Source: Candidatus Babeliales bacterium
Lineage (GTDB): Bacteria; Babelota; Babeliae; Babelales; JANWKD01
DNA: 64,000 bases
Direction of reading: 5' to 3'
Assembly: GCA_963762115.1 (NCBI GenBank)
Contig: CAVXJH010000006.1
Span: 160,001 to 224,000, forward strand
Under the pieces are notes generated by a model. It searched no databases, was not told the origin of the DNA, and worked only from the letters and a program-made list of their open reading frames with translations. The stretch's first letter is position 1, and every line of letters starts with the position of its first letter. The translations under genes and the position numbers were made by a program. Shown one piece after another: positions 59,840-64,000 of this stretch.

Positions 59840-61280
59840 AATAATGAATCGGACTTCATGTTAAAGAAAATTAGTATAAAAAATTTATTTTTAATGGTGA
59901 GTTTTATATCTGCGATGACGAATGGCTCTACTGAAATAGCAGGTAAGCCAGATAATATTAAGACTATGAGCAAACAATTAGATGTATACATGGATGCATT
60001 AACAAAGCTAAATCGTTTTAGTGGTACGGTTATTGTTACAAAAGGAAATGAAATATTACTCAACAAAGGCTATGGATTTGCAAGTTTAGAATTTGAAGTT
60101 CCTAATACAGAACATACACTCTTTAGAATATGTTCAATTACTAAAATGGTTACTGCCGCAGCTCTTATGCAATTGCAAGAAAGAGGTTTGTTAAATGTTC
60201 ATGATGTTGTAAATAAATATATTCCTGATTTTCCTAGAGGTAATGAGATAACGATTCACCAATTGCTTTCGCATACTTCTGGAGTATCCTCTGAGAATTT
60301 TCCGCTTGAGATGGTTGTTCAACCAGCACATTTCGATCAAATAATCTCTTTTATTAAAAGTAAACCACTAGAATATGATCCTGGTTCAGATTATCGTTAT
60401 AGTAATGGCGGTTATTATGTGCTTTCACATATTATTGAAAAAGTTTCTGGAAAAACGTATGAATCATTTGTTAAAGAAAATATTTTAGTACCGAGTGGCA
60501 TGAAAGAGAGCTTTTTTCGTGAGCAAGAGTATGCAATTTTAAAAAATTGTGCTGTTGGCTATTGCTTGAATGAAAAAAATGAAATAGTAAATGGTCATTA
60601 TATTTATGAAAATTTTAAAGGCGGTGGCGGATTATTTTGTACAGCGCTTGATCTTTATAAATTTGCTCGATCATTGAATGCATTGGCATTGATTAATCAA
60701 AAATCTTTGAAAGCTATGGTTACGCCTTATCACCATCAAGAGAATTATGGGTACGGCTGTCACATTCAAGAGTTAATGAAAAAAAGATATATAGAACATG
60801 GTGGTATGTTATCAAGTGGATTTAAATCAAATGTAACTATATTTATCGATGATGAAATTTATATCGTGCTTTTAAGCAACCTTTTTTCTTCATGGGTTAA
60901 TGAAGCGCGTAATTCGCTTGCAGCAATCGTCTTAGGATTACCATATGACATTCCAAGTTTGCAAGTTATCAAGCTAAGTTCAGATGCCTATAATGATTAT
61001 GTAGGTTTGTATGACCATCCAGCTTTTAAGTTGGGTTATAAAATTGAAAGAAAAGGAGATTCACTCTATTTACCAGATAACATAGAACTTTCGGCCGTTG
61101 CAAAAGATCAGTTTATGACTTTAAATCGAAATGCAAACAATGTAGTTTATAGGTTTGCAAGAGATGAAACTGGATTAATAATACAATTGAGAATTATAGG
61201 TGGCGCACCTTATTTTGAAATACGATGTGATAAAATTAGATAAAAAATATCCAGAAATTGAAAGTTATTAAAATAATGAA
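59811..61280 (+). repeat. 38-bp perfect direct repeat (59811-59848 and 61243-61280)
   Basis: AAAAATATCCAGAAATTGAAAGTTATTAAAATAATGAA flanks the serine hydrolase gene. Confidence 0.92.
59858..61243 (+). CDS. serine hydrolase, beta-lactamase class C/PBP-like
   Basis: SITK, LLSHTSG, YSN, HGG; signal peptide. Confidence 0.92.
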   Translation: MLKKISIKNLFLMVSFISAMTNGSTEIAGKPDNIKTMSKQLDVYMDALTKLNRFSGTVIVTKGNEILLNKGYGFASLEFEVPNTEHTLFRICSITKMVTAAALMQLQERGLLNVHDVVNKYIPDFPRGNEITIHQLLSHTSGVSSENFPLEMVVQPAHFDQIISFIKSKPLEYDPGSDYRYSNGGYYVLSHIIEKVSGKTYESFVKENILVPSGMKESFFREQEYAILKNCAVGYCLNEKNEIVNGHYIYENFKGGGGLFCTALDLYKFARSLNALALINQKSLKAMVTPYHHQENYGYGCHIQELMKKRYIEHGGMLSSGFKSNVTIFIDDEIYIVLLSNLFSSWVNEARNSLAAIVLGLPYDIPSLQVIKLSSDAYNDYVGLYDHPAFKLGYKIERKGDSLYLPDNIELSAVAKDQFMTLNRNANNVVYRFARDETGLIIQLRIIGGAPYFEIRCDKIR

Positions 61281-61956
61281 ACAAATAATTGCAATTGGTG
61301 GCGGTGGTTTCACCAAAAAAGGTTGTTCATTAGCATTGGAAAGATATATCCTTGCGCAAACAAAAAAAGAGAATCCTAAGATATGCTTTTTGCCGCAAGC
61401 AAGCAATGAATCGCCTACTTACATTCTTAAATTTTTTGAATCCTTTCTCAGTTTGGATGCACAGCCTTCTTGGATTTCATTGTTTGGCAGTGTAAAAGAT
61501 TCTTGGAAAGAAAAGTTATTACAAGCCGATATTGTCTATGTTGGCGGTGGCAACACAAAAAGCATGATTGCATTATGGAAAGCATGGGGCGTTGATCATG
61601 TGTTGAAAGAAGCATATAACAAAGGTGTTGTAATGGCAGGATTAAGTGCCGGCATGATTTGTTGGTTTGAACAAGGTATTACTGATTCTATGTGGCCTTT
61701 GGGGTTTGTTGAAGGACTAGGCTTTTTGAAAGGAAGTGGTTGTCCGCATTTTGATTCTGAAGTTGAGCGTCAAGATGTGTATAAAAATTTGGTTGCATCT
61801 GGGCAAGTGAGTCCCGGTATTGCCTTGGAAGATGGGGTAGCAGCTCATTTTATTGATGGAAAATTATTCAAGATTGTTACTGAAATACAACATAAAAAAG
61901 CATTTCAAATTACTGCAACTGGGCAAGAAGCATTAAAAGCAGAGTTTATTTTGTAA
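61276..61956 (+). CDS. peptidase E (S51) family
   Basis: IIAIGGGG, YVGGGNT, GLSAG, PHFD. Confidence 0.9.
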   Translation: MKQIIAIGGGGFTKKGCSLALERYILAQTKKENPKICFLPQASNESPTYILKFFESFLSLDAQPSWISLFGSVKDSWKEKLLQADIVYVGGGNTKSMIALWKAWGVDHVLKEAYNKGVVMAGLSAGMICWFEQGITDSMWPLGFVEGLGFLKGSGCPHFDSEVERQDVYKNLVASGQVSPGIALEDGVAAHFIDGKLFKIVTEIQHKKAFQITATGQEALKAEFIL

Positions 61957-61995
61957 AAATCAACGAGATAAATTGGTTTATATCAGGAAAATTGT

Positions 61996-62361
61996 ATGTA
62001 TTACATTCCTATAAATGATGGTTCTACTATTTCAATACATGAACATGAACTCAAGGATAATGTTAACATTGCAGAGTACGAAAAAGAAGTAGCAGATACC
62101 TTAAAAAATTTGAAAGTGCCAGGTTTACTGCATGCATATTTACTTAAAGGTTTTAAAGGTGAACGAACGAATAGCTATTCAGTTGTGTGGGTTTGGAAAA
62201 ATAAGCAAGTAATTAAAGAGAATTTTGGAACTCTTGATAATCCCAAATGGCCTGAAGATTGGCTTTATTATGAAAATGAAATATTGGCAAAATATTTGAC
62301 GTGTCATCCTGATAAAATTAATTTTACTTGTTATGACATTATTGATGTGATTAATTTTTAA
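61996..62361 (+). CDS. hypothetical protein
   Basis: 121-aa ORF with AGGA SD. Confidence 0.6.
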   Translation: MYYIPINDGSTISIHEHELKDNVNIAEYEKEVADTLKNLKVPGLLHAYLLKGFKGERTNSYSVVWVWKNKQVIKENFGTLDNPKWPEDWLYYENEILAKYLTCHPDKINFTCYDIIDVINF

Positions 62362-62430
62362 TGAAAATACGTGAAAAATATAGCAGTTGTTGAGTTGTCG
62401 ACAATTTGTCGATAACTGAAATTAATCGCT
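62361..62430 (+). pseudogene. possible remnant of a Bro-N/antirepressor-like gene
   Basis: Reads MKIREK..(frameshift)VELSTICR*LKLIA over palindromic DNA GTTGTCGACAA-T-TTGTCGATAAC. Confidence 0.4.
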
Positions 62431-62467
62431 TTAACAAACAAAAAAGACAATAGAAAAATCAAAGAAG

Positions 62468-63007
62468 ATGTTTAAATCTAAAAACTTTTTACTCCTATTT
62501 TTGTTCATATCAACCATAAGTTATGGTGTTGATAAGCCTCTATTTTCAACTAACCAAAAAAAATGTACTGGATGCGCATTATTAAATCGTGAAATTGAAA
62601 GCGTCGGTGGAATTATTGCTTCAACCCTATACTTTGAAGCACAACAAGATTGCTTCATTCCTATTCCAGGATTTATTACTATAAACTCAAGACGACATGT
62701 TCAAAGCATTGATGATTTTACTCAAGAAGAACGAGCTGATTTTATTGAATTTTTGTATAAAGTGAGAAAAAATATGCGAGAGACATTGAACATTGAAACA
62801 ATATACATGATACAAGAAGAAGATGCTTCACATTTTCATGTGTGGTTATTTCCACACTATGATTGGATGGAAAAGTTTGAAAAGAAGGTTTCTTCAATTA
62901 TTTCTATTATGAGGTGGGCAAAAGAACATTTAAAAACAGAAGAAAATTTGGAACATGTTCTTATGTCTGCCCAAATTTTGAAACAATCATTTGCCATATT
63001 TCATTAA
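62468..63007 (+). CDS. HIT-like protein with signal peptide
   Basis: CTGC, PIPG, RRHV, HFHVWLFP; hydrophobic N-terminus. Confidence 0.75.
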   Translation: MFKSKNFLLLFLFISTISYGVDKPLFSTNQKKCTGCALLNREIESVGGIIASTLYFEAQQDCFIPIPGFITINSRRHVQSIDDFTQEERADFIEFLYKVRKNMRETLNIETIYMIQEEDASHFHVWLFPHYDWMEKFEKKVSSIISIMRWAKEHLKTEENLEHVLMSAQILKQSFAIFH

Positions 63008-63013
63008 AGATCT

Positions 63014-63583
63014 TTATTTATAAAAAATGTTTAAATTTTCTGGCCCAAAACGGAACGGCAATAAATCTTCAATAGTGGCACAGGCAACAATACCATTACC
63101 TTCAAGGTTGAGAATTTTTACTTTGGTATCATTGCAACAATTTTCCCAAATAATTTGTAAGCAATGTCCGCAAGTAACGTTAGAAATAGCAATATTGCTT
63201 GGTTCTGTTAAGGAGATCTTAACATCTTTAAGCGCTCCTACCACGGCAATTTTTTCAATTTTTGATGGTCCGATCGTTGCAATCATACTATCAATAGCGT
63301 TTTGTTCTGCGTGAGTGGTTTGTGTATAAGTGCAACGTTCAACATTGCATCCAACATGAATTGTCCCTTTATCACTTAAGATGGCAACACCAACATGATA
63401 GTTTGAATAAGGTGCTTGAGCATTATTGCGCACTTTAAGTGCTTCTTGAAATAGATTTTTTTCATCTTCTGGTAATTGATCAAAAGGTATTTTTTGAATA
63501 CGAACTGTTTTTTCGATTTTGTGCACTTTGATTTCTTTGAGCGTTGTTTTTGTATAAAGAAATTTTTTTACTATAATTACCAC
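63014..63583 (-). CDS. cdd: cytidine deaminase
   Basis: APYSNYHVG, GCNVE, HAEQNAI, CGHCLQ, LLPFRF. Confidence 0.9.
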   Translation of the reverse strand: MVIIVKKFLYTKTTLKEIKVHKIEKTVRIQKIPFDQLPEDEKNLFQEALKVRNNAQAPYSNYHVGVAILSDKGTIHVGCNVERCTYTQTTHAEQNAIDSMIATIGPSKIEKIAVVGALKDVKISLTEPSNIAISNVTCGHCLQIIWENCCNDTKVKILNLEGNGIVACATIEDLLPFRFGPENLNIFYK

Positions 63584-63651
63584 AATAATTAAAAATAGTT
63601 AAAAAAATCTGTATATTTATAGAAATAGCACAATTATGAGAAGGAAATAGT

Positions 63652-64000
63652 ATGTATAATGCAATTGAGTTGAATAAAAATGCGTATATAAATCAAATGA
63701 TTATTGCATGGCAAACGTACATACATACAAAAGCAAATTGGCATGAATTAGTTAATAGTGTTGTGCCAAAATATACAGGCAACGGCGCAATTTATGAACT
63801 GCCTAATTTTTTGAATCGGCCAAACGAAAGTTTTGCTGTTTGTGATATGCGAGAACTACTTTTTAGTGAACCGCATTATCATCCTGATAATGATATCGAA
63901 ATTTATTTTGTTCTTGAGGGAAGTGCCCTTGTTGTAGTTGGCAATAATGAACAGCATGCACATAAAGGGGATGTGATAATTATTCCTTCAAATACGGCAC
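63652..64000 (+). CDS. cupin domain protein, truncated by window edge
   Basis: Read manually: EPHYHPDNDIEIYFVLEG...GDVIIIPSNTA. Confidence 0.8.
   Translation, partial: MYNAIELNKNAYINQMIIAWQTYIHTKANWHELVNSVVPKYTGNGAIYELPNFLNRPNESFAVCDMRELLFSEPHYHPDNDIEIYFVLEGSALVVVGNNEQHAHKGDVIIIPSNTA

Noticed and set aside
59858..61243. True antibiotic-resistance beta-lactamase
   Set aside because: Motifs are shared by the broad serine hydrolase family; activity cannot be inferred
59411..63007. Integron cassette array
   Set aside because: No repeated attC-like sites or integrase found between the genes

Overview
AT-rich bacterial chromosomal window containing the replication origin (seven perfect DnaA boxes, about 27.0-27.3 kb; by eye the composition shifts from A/C-rich to G/T-rich there). 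Ankyrin proteins with signal peptides, many secreted orphans, a T2SS-like locus and amino-acid uptake genes suggest an intracellular parasite of eukaryotes, most plausibly Candidatus Dependentiae/Babeliae (TM6); this is inference. Housekeeping genes: ruvA, mnmE, rng, gatB, nusA, infB, nfo, aspS, eno, tRNA-Gly, tmRNA. Highlights: (1) an intact IS110 element inserted in a REP-like palindrome, whose bridge-RNA target and donor guides, CT core and circle-junction promoter can be read from the sequence; (2) a tmRNA with a 40-residue tag ending GYC; (3) a candidate effector-export system: a gspC-D-L-M-D operon with two Cys-tailed secretins, plus secreted proteins with two recurring mature N-termini (Met-Glu/Gln, or an SLQxELxxL helix), including NLS + BC-box-like + ankyrin proteins; (4) two insertions flanked by about 40-bp duplications of the upstream gene's 3' end, one differing only at synonymous sites; (5) normally cytoplasmic enzymes with signal peptides. 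Product calls come from motif recognition, not database searches.
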